From the NCBI GenBank assembly GCA_946478305.1, contig CAMLBO010000005.1, positions 1 through 24,000 on the forward strand: DNA of 24,000 nt, in the 5' to 3' direction. Position 1 is the first letter of the stretch, and every line of letters starts with the position of its first letter. The DNA is from an uncultured Enterobacterales bacterium (GTDB lineage: Bacteria > Pseudomonadota > Gammaproteobacteria > Enterobacterales > Enterobacteriaceae). Positions 1 through 17,685 of the stretch are shown one piece after another. The notes below the pieces were generated by a model, which saw only the letters and a list, made by a program, of their open reading frames with translations, did not search any database and was not told where the DNA came from. Both the position numbers and the translations under genes were made by a program.

Positions 1-1
1 C

Positions 2-442
2 AACGCCTACAACCGTATGGGGCTGGAGGAGCACCTTAAGCGGGTCAAAAAGGGGTCTCCGCAGGTGGGGCTGGCGATGCTCGATATCGATTTCTTCAAA
101 CAGGTGAATGACAACTATGGGCACCCCGTTGGGGATGCTGTGTTGGTACGCGTGGCGGAGGTCATCCGCATGATGATCCGCAAAGAGGACGTGCTGGCCC
201 GTTTCGGGGGCGAAGAGTTTGTGATTCTGTTTTCCAGCGACAACATTTATCAAATGGTTAAAAGCTGTGAACGCATCCGGCAGGCGATCGCAAAAACGCC
301 TTTTGCCGCGACCGACGGTACGCCTTTTAGCATCACGGTATCGCTTGGGGTGACACGTTACCAAAAGGGCAAAAACTTGCAGGAAAACATCATCGTGGCT
401 GACAAAGCTCTCTATCTTTTCAAAAACGCACGGGCGCAATAA
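2..442 (+). CDS. Diguanylate cyclase, C-terminal GGDEF domain; the N-terminus lies upstream of the window
   Basis: The reading frame is open from the window edge (..AYNRMGLEEHL.. precedes the first ATG at 17). It has a GGEEF active site, with RKED (RxxD inhibitory site) exactly 5 residues upstream. The DIDFFKQVNDNYGHPVGD signature is typical of GGDEF domains. Confidence 0.85.
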   Translation, partial: NAYNRMGLEEHLKRVKKGSPQVGLAMLDIDFFKQVNDNYGHPVGDAVLVRVAEVIRMMIRKEDVLARFGGEEFVILFSSDNIYQMVKSCERIRQAIAKTPFAATDGTPFSITVSLGVTRYQKGKNLQENIIVADKALYLFKNARAQ

Positions 443-559
443 AACCACCAGTATTTGAAAGGCGTTCGTGGTGGGCGAAAATTAATTGAGCAAAGTATCG
501 AATTAAAACCCAAATTCAGGTATTTACTTCTCATACCGTACTCACAGGCGCTCCCTTGT

Positions 560-1147
560 ATGCAAATAAAACCGGCTCTTCCCGTTTCATCTGCGCGTCA
601 TCGTTATGATGGCCTGACGATCACCCTGCACTGGGTGACAGCGCTGATCGTTATCTTTATGTTTGCCAGCGCCCATATCTGGGAGGTGCTGGAACGCGGC
701 ACGCCGCTGCGCAAAGGATTGCAATCGGTACATATCTCGATGGGGATTTTGCTGGCGGTGATTATTATCGGGCGTTTGCTCTGGCGGCTATTCACCGTTA
801 GCACCGGGCGCAGTAAACAGGCGCCGATTGCTATGCCTAGGCTGATGAAAGCGGCGGCGCACCTGACGCATCTGGCGCTCTATTTGTTGCTGATTGCTCA
901 GGTGGTCCTCGGATTCTTATATCGCTGGTCACAGGCGGAGCCTTTCTATTTCTTCGGCTTATTTCCCATCCCTGATGTTTTTGATTTCGACAGTGTAATG
1001 ACCAGCACTTTTCGCATGTTACATAACAATGTGGCCTGGGCGCTGATCATTGTGGCCGGGGTTCATGCCCTGGCTGCGCTGTTCCACCATTATGTATTAC
1101 GTGATGGTGTTCTGCGGCGGATGCTGCCAGGCAGACGCGGCCAATAA
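560..1147 (+). CDS. Cytochrome b561 family membrane protein (CybB/YodB-like)
   Basis: Track ORF 455-1147 trimmed to the first ATG (560). Hydrophobic helices carry conserved His residues (LTITLHW, SVHISMG, AAHLTHLALY, GVHALAALFHHY). The C-terminal ..DGVLRRMLP.. resembles the E. coli CybB tail ..DNTLLRMMP.. as I recall it. There is no clear SD before 560, so the start is uncertain. Confidence 0.75.
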   Translation: MQIKPALPVSSARHRYDGLTITLHWVTALIVIFMFASAHIWEVLERGTPLRKGLQSVHISMGILLAVIIIGRLLWRLFTVSTGRSKQAPIAMPRLMKAAAHLTHLALYLLLIAQVVLGFLYRWSQAEPFYFFGLFPIPDVFDFDSVMTSTFRMLHNNVAWALIIVAGVHALAALFHHYVLRDGVLRRMLPGRRGQ

Positions 1148-1461
1148 AAGGGCTGCGCAGGGTAACAATTTGTTGAAAAACCTGGCCTGGCGCACTAAGC
1201 CTTCAGCCCCAGATGGAAGGTTCCTCGACCTTGGCAGAATTGGCAGAAATTGAAGACTTTCTGACGTGCCATTGCTGATTTTGACGGTTTATCGGCAAGT
1301 AATCACACACTGAAATTATCTTGCTAAATTAGTTTAAAGTTTAAATCTATTTTTAACCAACGTAGCATTAATGTTATATTGGTTACGAAAGGTTGATATT
1401 TGGAATATCCAGCAACAATGTGTGTGTTTCTTTTGTTAATGCGGCTGTTAGCGCCGCGCGC

Positions 1462-1587
<126 letters not shown>

Positions 1588-1726
1588 TAAAAATCCTTTC
1601 ATTTTGTCGGGGATAATCGCTTATTCCCGCACTCATCAGGTTGCTGATTTCGCTTATCCACAGGAAATCCGAACACTTTTTTCACCTGCAAGCTTCAAAA
1701 TTAAACCTACAGAGATACAGAAAATC

Positions 1727-3391
1727 ATGAGAAAGCACCTCGTCATGATCTTCTGCCTGGCCGCATTTGCGCTTAGTCCGCGTGCGATGGCAGAAGAAGA
1801 GAAATCCGTTGATGTTGTTCTGATTGGCGGAGGGATCATGAGTGCCACGCTGGGTACTTACCTTCAGGAACTGGAACCTGACTGGTCCATCGATATGGTT
1901 GAGCGCCTGGACGGCGTGGCACAAGAGAGCTCGAACGGCTGGAATAACGCCGGTACCGGTCACTCTGCACTGGCAGAAATGAACTATACGCCGGAAAAAG
2001 CCGACGGTTCGATCGACATCTCTAAAGCGGTAGAAATTAACGAAGCCTTCCAAATTTCCCGTCAGTTCTGGACTTATCAGGTAGAGAACAACGTTCTGCA
2101 TGATCCGCGTTCGTTCATTAACAGTGTGCCGCACATGAGCTTTGTGTGGGGCGACGACAATATCAATTTCCTGCATAAACGCTACCTTGCGCTGCAAAAA
2201 AGTACGCTGTTCCGCGGCATGGAATACTCTGAAGATCAGTCACAAATCAAACAGTGGATCCCACTGGTGATGGAAGGGCGTGATTCGACTCAGAAAGTGG
2301 CGGCGACCCGCATTCCTATCGGAACGGACGTGAACTTCGGCGAAATCACGCGTCAGCTGGTGGCATCGTTGCAGAAAAAACCAAATTTCTCGCTGAGCCT
2401 TAGCCACGAAGTTCGCGACATCAAACGCAACCCGGATAATACCTGGAGCGTGACGGTGGCAGACCTGAAAAACGACGGCAAAGAGCGCGTCATTAAATCG
2501 AAATTTGTGTTTATCGGTGCGGGTGGAGCGTCCCTGACGCTGCTGCAAAAATCCGGTATTCCTGAAGCCGACAACTACGGTGGCTTCCCGGTAGGCGGTC
2601 AATTCCTGGTGACTGAAAACCCAGAAATCGTAAACCGTCATCTGGCGAAAGTGTATGGCAAAGCCTCTGTGGGCGCGCCACCGATGTCGGTTCCGCACCT
2701 TGATACCCGCGTATTCAACGGCAAACGCGTACTGCTGTTCGGGCCATTTGCCACCTTCTCCAGCAAATTCCTGAAAAACGGTTCGCTGTGGGATCTGTTC
2801 GGTTCGATGAACTTCTCTAACATCGGCCCGATGACCGACGTAGGTATCGACAACTTCGATCTGGTTAAATACCTGATTGGTCAAGTAATGTTGAGCGATA
2901 ATGACCGTTACGAAGCGCTGAAAGAGTACTTCCCAGACGCGAAGAAAGAAGACTGGAGACTGTGGACTGCCGGTCAACGTGTGCAGATCATCAAGAAAGA
3001 TCCGAAAGAAGGCGGCGTACTGCGTCTGGGCACCGAAGTGGTTAGCTCGAAAGATGGCAGTATTGCGGCATTGTTAGGCGCATCTCCGGGCGCATCGACG
3101 GCGGCACCTATCATGCTGCACCTGATGGAAACCGTGTTCAAAGACAAAGTCGCCACGCCAGAATGGCAGGCCAAACTGAAGGCGATTATTCCTTCTTATG
3201 GCACGCAGTTGAACGGTAACGTTGAAGCGACCGAGAAAGAACTGGGCTACACCAGCCGCGTTCTGCAACTCGACAACCCAACGCCAGCCGCGAAACCTGC
3301 TGAAGCTGCGCCAGCCACAGAAGCTGCGCCTGCGACGCAAGATTCAACCGAGCATAAAGAGCAGAAACAACCGGCCGATATCGCGCTGTAA
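1727..3391 (+). CDS. mqo: Malate:quinone oxidoreductase (FAD-dependent, membrane-associated)
   Basis: Track ORF 1604-3391 trimmed to ATG 1727 ([22 protein letters not shown]..), which corresponds to the E. coli Mqo N-terminus as recalled. It has the FAD fold [18 protein letters not shown], followed by ..[19 protein letters not shown].., which is near-identical to E. coli Mqo. Confidence 0.93.
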   Translation: MRKHLVMIFCLAAFALSPRAMAEEEKSVDVVLIGGGIMSATLGTYLQELEPDWSIDMVERLDGVAQESSNGWNNAGTGHSALAEMNYTPEKADGSIDISKAVEINEAFQISRQFWTYQVENNVLHDPRSFINSVPHMSFVWGDDNINFLHKRYLALQKSTLFRGMEYSEDQSQIKQWIPLVMEGRDSTQKVAATRIPIGTDVNFGEITRQLVASLQKKPNFSLSLSHEVRDIKRNPDNTWSVTVADLKNDGKERVIKSKFVFIGAGGASLTLLQKSGIPEADNYGGFPVGGQFLVTENPEIVNRHLAKVYGKASVGAPPMSVPHLDTRVFNGKRVLLFGPFATFSSKFLKNGSLWDLFGSMNFSNIGPMTDVGIDNFDLVKYLIGQVMLSDNDRYEALKEYFPDAKKEDWRLWTAGQRVQIIKKDPKEGGVLRLGTEVVSSKDGSIAALLGASPGASTAAPIMLHLMETVFKDKVATPEWQAKLKAIIPSYGTQLNGNVEATEKELGYTSRVLQLDNPTPAAKPAEAAPATEAAPATQDSTEHKEQKQPADIAL

Positions 3392-3420
3392 GTTCTGCTC
3401 TGAGTTTCTGTTTCGAAAGT

Positions 3421-3448
3421 AAAAACCGCCTTAATCGGCGGTTTTTTT
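3421..3448. terminator. Bidirectional rho-independent terminator shared by convergent mqo and the APC transporter gene
   Basis: aaaaaccgcc ttaat cggcggttttttt: a GC stem (accgcc/ggcggt) flanked by an A-run on the left and a 7-T run on the right. It lies 30 bp after the mqo stop and 27 bp after the minus-strand stop at 3475. Confidence 0.85.
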
Positions 3449-3474
3449 ATGCCCTGATTTCAGGTATGGCTTAA

Positions 3475-5013
<1,539 letters not shown>

Positions 5014-5035
5014 TTATTTTTATAAGTGCAATGCT

Positions 5036-8601
<3,566 letters not shown>

Positions 8602-8752
8602 AAAATATCGGATAATATTTACCGATTGTCAGAGCGATCACAAAAAATAAAAAACAGGTAGGAATATCAACAGGTTAATTTTTACCGTAGAAGATCCATC
8701 CCCCTGACGCCGCAATGGGGTGTCAAAGGGAGATGATTTTTGAAGTGGGGAA

Positions 8753-9838
<1,086 letters not shown>

Positions 9839-9868
9839 TTAACGCTTTACTGATCATTACCTGTATTT

Positions 9869-9885
9869 TACTAAAATATTTACTA
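9869..9885. promoter_or_regulatory. Second copy of the operator-like motif, in the ebgR/ygjJ divergent region
   Basis: The reverse complement of tactaaaatatttacta is tagtaaatattttagta. This is identical to 8586-8601 apart from one extra T. It lies 49-65 bp upstream of the ygjJ ATG, within a run of repeated TTTAC(T) words (9846, 9866, 9879, 9893). Confidence 0.4.
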
Positions 9886-9912
9886 GTATGCGTTTTACTT
9901 TTGGGAGCATAA

Positions 9913-13415
<3,503 letters not shown>

Positions 13416-13452
13416 GGTGAGCCGTTCGCCGTAACGGCTGAATTTCAGGCAC

Positions 13453-13482
13453 AAAAAAACCGCTTTAGAGAGCGGTTTTTTT
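13453..13482. terminator. Bidirectional rho-independent terminator between convergent ygjK and the NCS1 permease gene
   Basis: aaaaaaaccgct ttagag agcggttttttt: a perfect stem flanked by an A-run and a T-run. Confidence 0.85.
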
Positions 13483-13495
13483 GTTGGGGAGTTCT

Positions 13496-13517
13496 CGCCC
13501 TTCGGGGCGGTTTTTTT
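13496..13517 (+). terminator. Second plus-strand rho-independent terminator (tandem with the previous one)
   Basis: cgccc ttcg gggcg g ttttttt: a GC stem with a TTCG tetraloop and a 7-T run. The T-run overlaps the stop codon of the minus-strand gene (13516-13518). Confidence 0.65.
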
Positions 13518-14775
13518 AGCTATTTACCTTCCGCCCTAACCCCCAGCAAACTATCGCCGCGACAATCAGTGACGGTATCGTCGCGCCGACGTCCGGCAGG
13601 AAGTTCGCCATTGCCTGATACACCGCAATACCGATAACCCACGCGGCAAGCGACCGTCCGTTGAGGTCGCGGGTGGTCTGCTGGCGCAATACAAAATGAT
13701 GCGTCAGCACCACGCCGAACAGTGGCGCAAAGACAGAACCAATCAACAGCAGGAAGTTTTCGTACTGCGTGAGCGGAACGCGCCAGGCGATCAGCGTACA
13801 CAGCAGACCAATGCCCAGCGTCAGTTTGCCAATACCGACCGGTAATGACGTACCAGCAGATACCGCCGCCGAGTGAATATCGGCAAAAGCGTTCTCGTGT
13901 TCATCCACCAAAATCAATAACAGCGGAATACCCAGCGCCACGCCGGACAGCGCAAGCAATAGCGCATTGGCATCGGTTGACGTGCTGACAAACGCCAGCG
14001 TATAAGCCACGCCGAGCGACATCATCCACACGCTGCCGAGGAAAAATCCGCAGGCCGTCCCCCAGAAGTTTTGCCGGGCAGATTTGCCAAAACGAGTGTA
14101 ATCGGACACCAGCGGCAACCACGAGAAGGCCATCGACACCACGATGTCACAGGCCATGGCGAATGGCATCGAGCCGTCACCTGCTTTGCGCCATAAGGCC
14201 ATGAGGTCGGCATGGCGGAACAGATAAACCGTGAGCCATGCGCAACTCGCCAGCAGCAGCCAAATTCCCCAGCGCCGTAATACCACGCGGATAAACGCCA
14301 GCGGGCCACTGGCTGCCAGCAACGTAGCCACTGCGCCAAAAACAAAAGTCCACAGCGTCGGGCTGGCCCACAAACTGTCAGTGCCCCACGCCCGCTGCGC
14401 CAGCAAACTGGCCGCATCGCGCATCACCACAATTTCGAATGCGCCCCAGCCGACCAGTTGAATCAGGTTAAACAGCACCGGCAGCGCCACGCCGCGTTTG
14501 CCGAGGCTCAGTTTCAGCGACGCCATCGACGACATACCCGTCTGCCCGCCAATCACGCCAACCAGCGCCAGCAGCGCGACACCCACTGCCGTTCCCAGTA
14601 AAATCGCGGTAATTGACCCTGCCAGCCCCAGACCCGGAGCCAAAATCGCCCCCGCCTGCAATACCATCAGGCCCATGCCGAGCGAGAACCACAGCGAGAA
14701 TAAATCCGACCAGCCGAGTACCCGCGATGCTGCGGGGATCGACGCTTGAGGTGAGTAAATACTATTATCTTTCAT
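13516..14775 (-). CDS. NCS1-family permease (purine-cytosine permease CodB / CytX-like)
   Basis: A 419-aa, 12-TM-type protein, the same length as E. coli CodB. The segment SDYTRFGKSARQNFWGTACGFFLGSVWMMSLG parallels CodB ADFVRFGRNAKLAVLVAMVAFFLGNSLMFIFG as recalled. It is GC-rich, which produces many spurious overlapping ORFs. The SD is weak. Confidence 0.7.
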   Translation of the reverse strand: MKDNSIYSPQASIPAASRVLGWSDLFSLWFSLGMGLMVLQAGAILAPGLGLAGSITAILLGTAVGVALLALVGVIGGQTGMSSMASLKLSLGKRGVALPVLFNLIQLVGWGAFEIVVMRDAASLLAQRAWGTDSLWASPTLWTFVFGAVATLLAASGPLAFIRVVLRRWGIWLLLASCAWLTVYLFRHADLMALWRKAGDGSMPFAMACDIVVSMAFSWLPLVSDYTRFGKSARQNFWGTACGFFLGSVWMMSLGVAYTLAFVSTSTDANALLLALSGVALGIPLLLILVDEHENAFADIHSAAVSAGTSLPVGIGKLTLGIGLLCTLIAWRVPLTQYENFLLLIGSVFAPLFGVVLTHHFVLRQQTTRDLNGRSLAAWVIGIAVYQAMANFLPDVGATIPSLIVAAIVCWGLGRKVNS

Positions 14776-14896
14776 GAGGTTAATTTCGTTAATGCTGCGA
14801 AGGGCTGTTATAGCATATCTGTACGCGATTCTGATGATGTGGGGGCGGGAAGCGCACTTTTCGGTGTTGAATGAGGGTTATCGGCACACGGCTATT

Positions 14897-14923
14897 TTGG
14901 CAAACAGGGGATGAGGGTAGAAT
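14897..14923 (+). promoter_or_regulatory. Candidate sigma70 promoter for the hsd operon
   Basis: TTGGCA (14897-14902), a 15-nt spacer, then TAGAAT (14918-14923), about 45 bp upstream of the hsdM ATG. The spacer is shorter than optimal. This was identified by eye only. Confidence 0.25.
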
Positions 14924-14966
14924 GCCGCCATGCTTTTTACCGACTGAAATAGAGTGGCGAACCTGA

Positions 14967-16487
14967 ATGAACGATAAAGTAAAACAAGACGATATTAACA
15001 AAGCCCTTTGGGACGCCTGCGATACCTTCCGTGGCACCATCAGCGCGGACACCTACAAAGATTTCATCCTCACCATGCTGTTTCTGAAATACATCTCCGA
15101 CGTCTGGCAGGACCATTACGACACCTACGCTAAACAGCACGGCGACTCGCCGGAGCTGATTGAAGCGCTGATGAAAAGTGAGCGTTTTGTTCTGCCGAAA
15201 GACGCCAGTTATTACGCCATTTACGCCCGCCGCCATGAAGCCAAAAACGGTGAGCGTATCGATCAGGCGCTGCACGCCATTGAAGAAGCCAACGGCACCA
15301 AACTGAAAGATGCCGGGAAAAGCGTGTTTCAGGATATCTCTTTCAACACCGATAAGCTGGGCGAAGAAAAGCAAAAAAACGGCATTCTGCGTGAACTGAT
15401 CGAGCATTTCGATAAACCTGAGCTGAACCTTAAACCGAGCCGCGTCGGCACGCTGGATGTGATCGGTAACGCTTATGAATACCTGATCAAGAAATTTGCG
15501 TCTAACGGCGGTCAGAAAGCCGGTGAGTTTTATACCCCGCCGGAAGTCTCGGATTTGATCTCTGAACTGTTAGACCCGCAGCCGGGTGACAGCATTTGCG
15601 ATCCGGCCTGTGGTTCGGCCTCGTTGCTTATCAAATGTGGTGCCCGTGTGCGCACCAATCACGGTTCGAAGCATTATGCGTTGTACGGTCAGGAAGCTAT
15701 CGGCTCCACCTGGGCGCTGGCAAAAATGAACATGTTCCTGCACGGCGAAGACAACCACAAAATCGAGTGGGGCGATACCATTCGCAACCCGAAATTGCTG
15801 GATAAAAACGGTGACCTGATGCTGTTTGATATCGTCACCGCCAACCCGCCGTTCAGCCTGGATAAGTGGGGCCACGACGATGCGGCATCTGATAAATTTG
15901 ATCGCTTCCATCGCGGTGTGCCGCCAAAAACCAAGGGCGACTATGCGTTTATCTCACATATGATCCAAACGCTAAAACCCGCCACCGGTCGCATGGGCGT
16001 GGTTGTCCCGCACGGCGTGCTGTTCCGTGGCTCCAGCGAAGGGAAAATTCGCCAGCAGCTGATCGAAGAAAACCTGCTCGATGCGGTGATCGGCCTGCCG
16101 GAAAAACTGTTTTACGGCACCGGTATTCCGGCGGCGATCCTTATCTTTAAGAAAGATAAAATCGACAACAATGTGCTGTTTATCGATGCCAGCCGGGAAT
16201 ATAAATCCGGTAAAAACCAGAACGAACTCAGCCCGGAAAATATCGCTAAAATCATCGCGACTTACCGCGAAGGCGGCAGCGTCGATAAATACGCCTATAT
16301 CGCCAGCCTGAAAGAGATTCAGGATAACGACTACAACCTGAATATCCCGCGCTATGTCGATACCTTCGAAGAAGAAGATGAAATTGACTTGGTGGCGGTG
16401 CGCGAAGAACGTCTGGCGTTAACGGCGCAGCTGGATGCGCTGGAAGTGGAAATGGCGGGCTATCTCAAGGAGCTGGGTTATGAGTAA
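14967..16487 (+). CDS. hsdM: Type I restriction-modification system, N6-adenine DNA methyltransferase subunit
   Basis: 506 aa. It has an HsdM N-terminal helical domain (LWDACDTFRGTISADTYKDFILTMLFLKYISD), AdoMet motif I DPACGSASLL, and catalytic motif IV TANPPFSL. Confidence 0.93.
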   Translation: MNDKVKQDDINKALWDACDTFRGTISADTYKDFILTMLFLKYISDVWQDHYDTYAKQHGDSPELIEALMKSERFVLPKDASYYAIYARRHEAKNGERIDQALHAIEEANGTKLKDAGKSVFQDISFNTDKLGEEKQKNGILRELIEHFDKPELNLKPSRVGTLDVIGNAYEYLIKKFASNGGQKAGEFYTPPEVSDLISELLDPQPGDSICDPACGSASLLIKCGARVRTNHGSKHYALYGQEAIGSTWALAKMNMFLHGEDNHKIEWGDTIRNPKLLDKNGDLMLFDIVTANPPFSLDKWGHDDAASDKFDRFHRGVPPKTKGDYAFISHMIQTLKPATGRMGVVVPHGVLFRGSSEGKIRQQLIEENLLDAVIGLPEKLFYGTGIPAAILIFKKDKIDNNVLFIDASREYKSGKNQNELSPENIAKIIATYREGGSVDKYAYIASLKEIQDNDYNLNIPRYVDTFEEEDEIDLVAVREERLALTAQLDALEVEMAGYLKELGYE

Positions 16488-17685
16488 GGTTCCGGCGGGT
16501 TGGTATGAAGACGTTTTTGGTAATGTTATGTCATTCAAAAATGGGCTTAACTTTACCAAGTCCGCTTTAGGTGAAACTATAAAAATAGTTGGTGTTGGTG
16601 ACTTTAAAGACTATTCAGAGTTGCGTAATACTCAATGTCTTGAGTTTATACAGGTCGCAAATAAGATCCGTGATGAAGAGTTACTAAAGGACGGAGACTT
16701 GTTGTTTGTTCGCTCAAATGGCAATAAAAATCTCATTGGACGTTGTCTATTTTTTCCTTTTGTCAAAGAACGTCTTTCATTTTCTGGTTTTACTATCCGT
16801 GGTCGAGTCGATAGTAAGAAAATCCTTCCTGAATATGCTTCATATCTTTCAAGGTCATCGTTGGTCAAAGAGCAAATTAATCAGAATGGCGGTGGAACTA
16901 ATATTTCTAATTTGAGCCAACAGATTTTAAATGACATTGAGTTTCTGCGGCCCCCACTCCCAGAACAAACCAAAATCGCCCAAATCCTCTCCACCTGGGA
17001 TAAGGCGATTGCGACCACTGAACAACTAATTAGCAACAGCCAGCAGCAGAAAAAAGCGCTGATGCAGAGTTTATTGACGGGAAAGAAACGGTTACCGGGG
17101 TTTGAGGGGGAGTGGGTAGTTCAGCCTTTAGATAATTGGATAGAAGAATATAAAAAGAAATCATCTGAAAATGATCAGTATGAAGTATTAACCTCTTCAA
17201 GGAATGGTCTTGTCCTACAAAGTGATTACTTTGAAAATAATAGAATCTCATCGCGTGAGAATATAGGGTTTAATATTATACCTGAAGGTTATGTTACTTA
17301 TCGCTCCAGAAGCGATGACGGACGATTTACTTTCAATATTAATAAGTTAGGTTTCACTGGGCTCATCAGTATATATTACCCCGTATTTTATTTTCCAAAT
17401 GGTAGTCTGGAATTTTTCATTAATATGCTTAGCTTCAATGAGCGTCTGTTTGAGGCTCATAGTGTAGGAACATCTCAAAAAGTTCTTTCGATTAATGCGT
17501 TGAAGTTAATGAGATTTAAAATTCCCCCACTCCCAGAACAGCAAAAAATCGCCGCCGTACTCACCGCTGCCGATAACGAAATCGAACTGCTGCAAAAGAA
17601 ACTGTCCTTTCTAAAACAGGAAAAAACCGCATTAATGCAGCAATTGCTGACCGGTAAGCGCCGGGTGAAGGTGGAGGCAGCCTGA
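16480..17685 (+). CDS. hsdS: Type I restriction-modification system, specificity subunit
   Basis: Start set to ATG 16480, with AAGGAG 7 nt upstream; it overlaps hsdM by 8 nt (ATGAGTAA). Two divergent AT-rich target-recognition domains are each followed by a conserved helical repeat (PPLPEQTKIAQILSTWDKAI..ALMQSLLTGKKRL and PPLPEQQKIAAVLTAADNEI..ALMQQLLTGKRRV). Confidence 0.92.
   Translation: MSKVPAGWYEDVFGNVMSFKNGLNFTKSALGETIKIVGVGDFKDYSELRNTQCLEFIQVANKIRDEELLKDGDLLFVRSNGNKNLIGRCLFFPFVKERLSFSGFTIRGRVDSKKILPEYASYLSRSSLVKEQINQNGGGTNISNLSQQILNDIEFLRPPLPEQTKIAQILSTWDKAIATTEQLISNSQQQKKALMQSLLTGKKRLPGFEGEWVVQPLDNWIEEYKKKSSENDQYEVLTSSRNGLVLQSDYFENNRISSRENIGFNIIPEGYVTYRSRSDDGRFTFNINKLGFTGLISIYYPVFYFPNGSLEFFINMLSFNERLFEAHSVGTSQKVLSINALKLMRFKIPPLPEQQKIAAVLTAADNEIELLQKKLSFLKQEKTALMQQLLTGKRRVKVEAA
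16951..16967 (+). repeat. 17-bp direct repeat, copy 1, at the start of the hsdS central conserved region
   Basis: cccccactcccagaaca is identical to 17524-17540. It encodes PPLPEQ at the TRD1/conserved-region boundary. Confidence 0.9.
17524..17540 (+). repeat. 17-bp direct repeat, copy 2, at the start of the hsdS distal conserved region
   Basis: cccccactcccagaaca is identical to 16951-16967, 573 bp downstream of copy 1. It is followed by a shared aaaatcgcc. Confidence 0.9.

Noticed and set aside
455-559. Upstream extension of the cytochrome b561 ORF (non-ATG start at 455)
   Set aside because: The extra residues (MKGVRGGRKLIEQSIELKPKF..) have no counterpart in b561 proteins, which begin about 10-20 residues before the first LHW helix. 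The first ATG at 560 fits better, although its SD is weak.
1370-1405. GTTA-containing direct repeats upstream of mqo that resemble ArcA boxes (aatgttatattggttacgaaaggttga)
   Set aside because: The spacing between GTTA words is 9-10 bp rather than the 11 bp of ArcA direct repeats, and the flanking bases fit the consensus poorly. I cannot support a site call without a matrix scan or ChIP data.
1604-1726. N-terminal 41-codon extension of the mqo ORF (track start 1604), and the antisense ORF 1448-1636
   Set aside because: The extension runs from next to the ERIC repeat through non-coding-looking sequence. The Mqo signal-like N-terminus, and its homology to E. coli Mqo, begins at the ATG at 1727. 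The minus-strand ORF is simply the ERIC element read as protein.
14776-14966. TPP (thi-box) or other riboswitch in the leader of the CytX/CodB-like permease
   Set aside because: CytX-type transporters are often thi-box controlled, so I read the minus strand for the CUGAGA and ACCUGAUCUGGAUAAUGCCAGCG elements. Only a weak, non-pairing resemblance was present (ccctgtttgccaaaatagccgtg) and there was no CUGAGA. No purine or guanidine riboswitch cores were seen either. A covariance-model scan (Rfam RF00059) would be decisive.
14789-15052. 87-aa minus-strand ORF spanning the hsdM start, and the 156-aa ORF 14937-15407
   Set aside because: They overlap the well-supported hsdM coding region and promoter. 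They have no SD or recognisable motifs and have biased, low-complexity translations.
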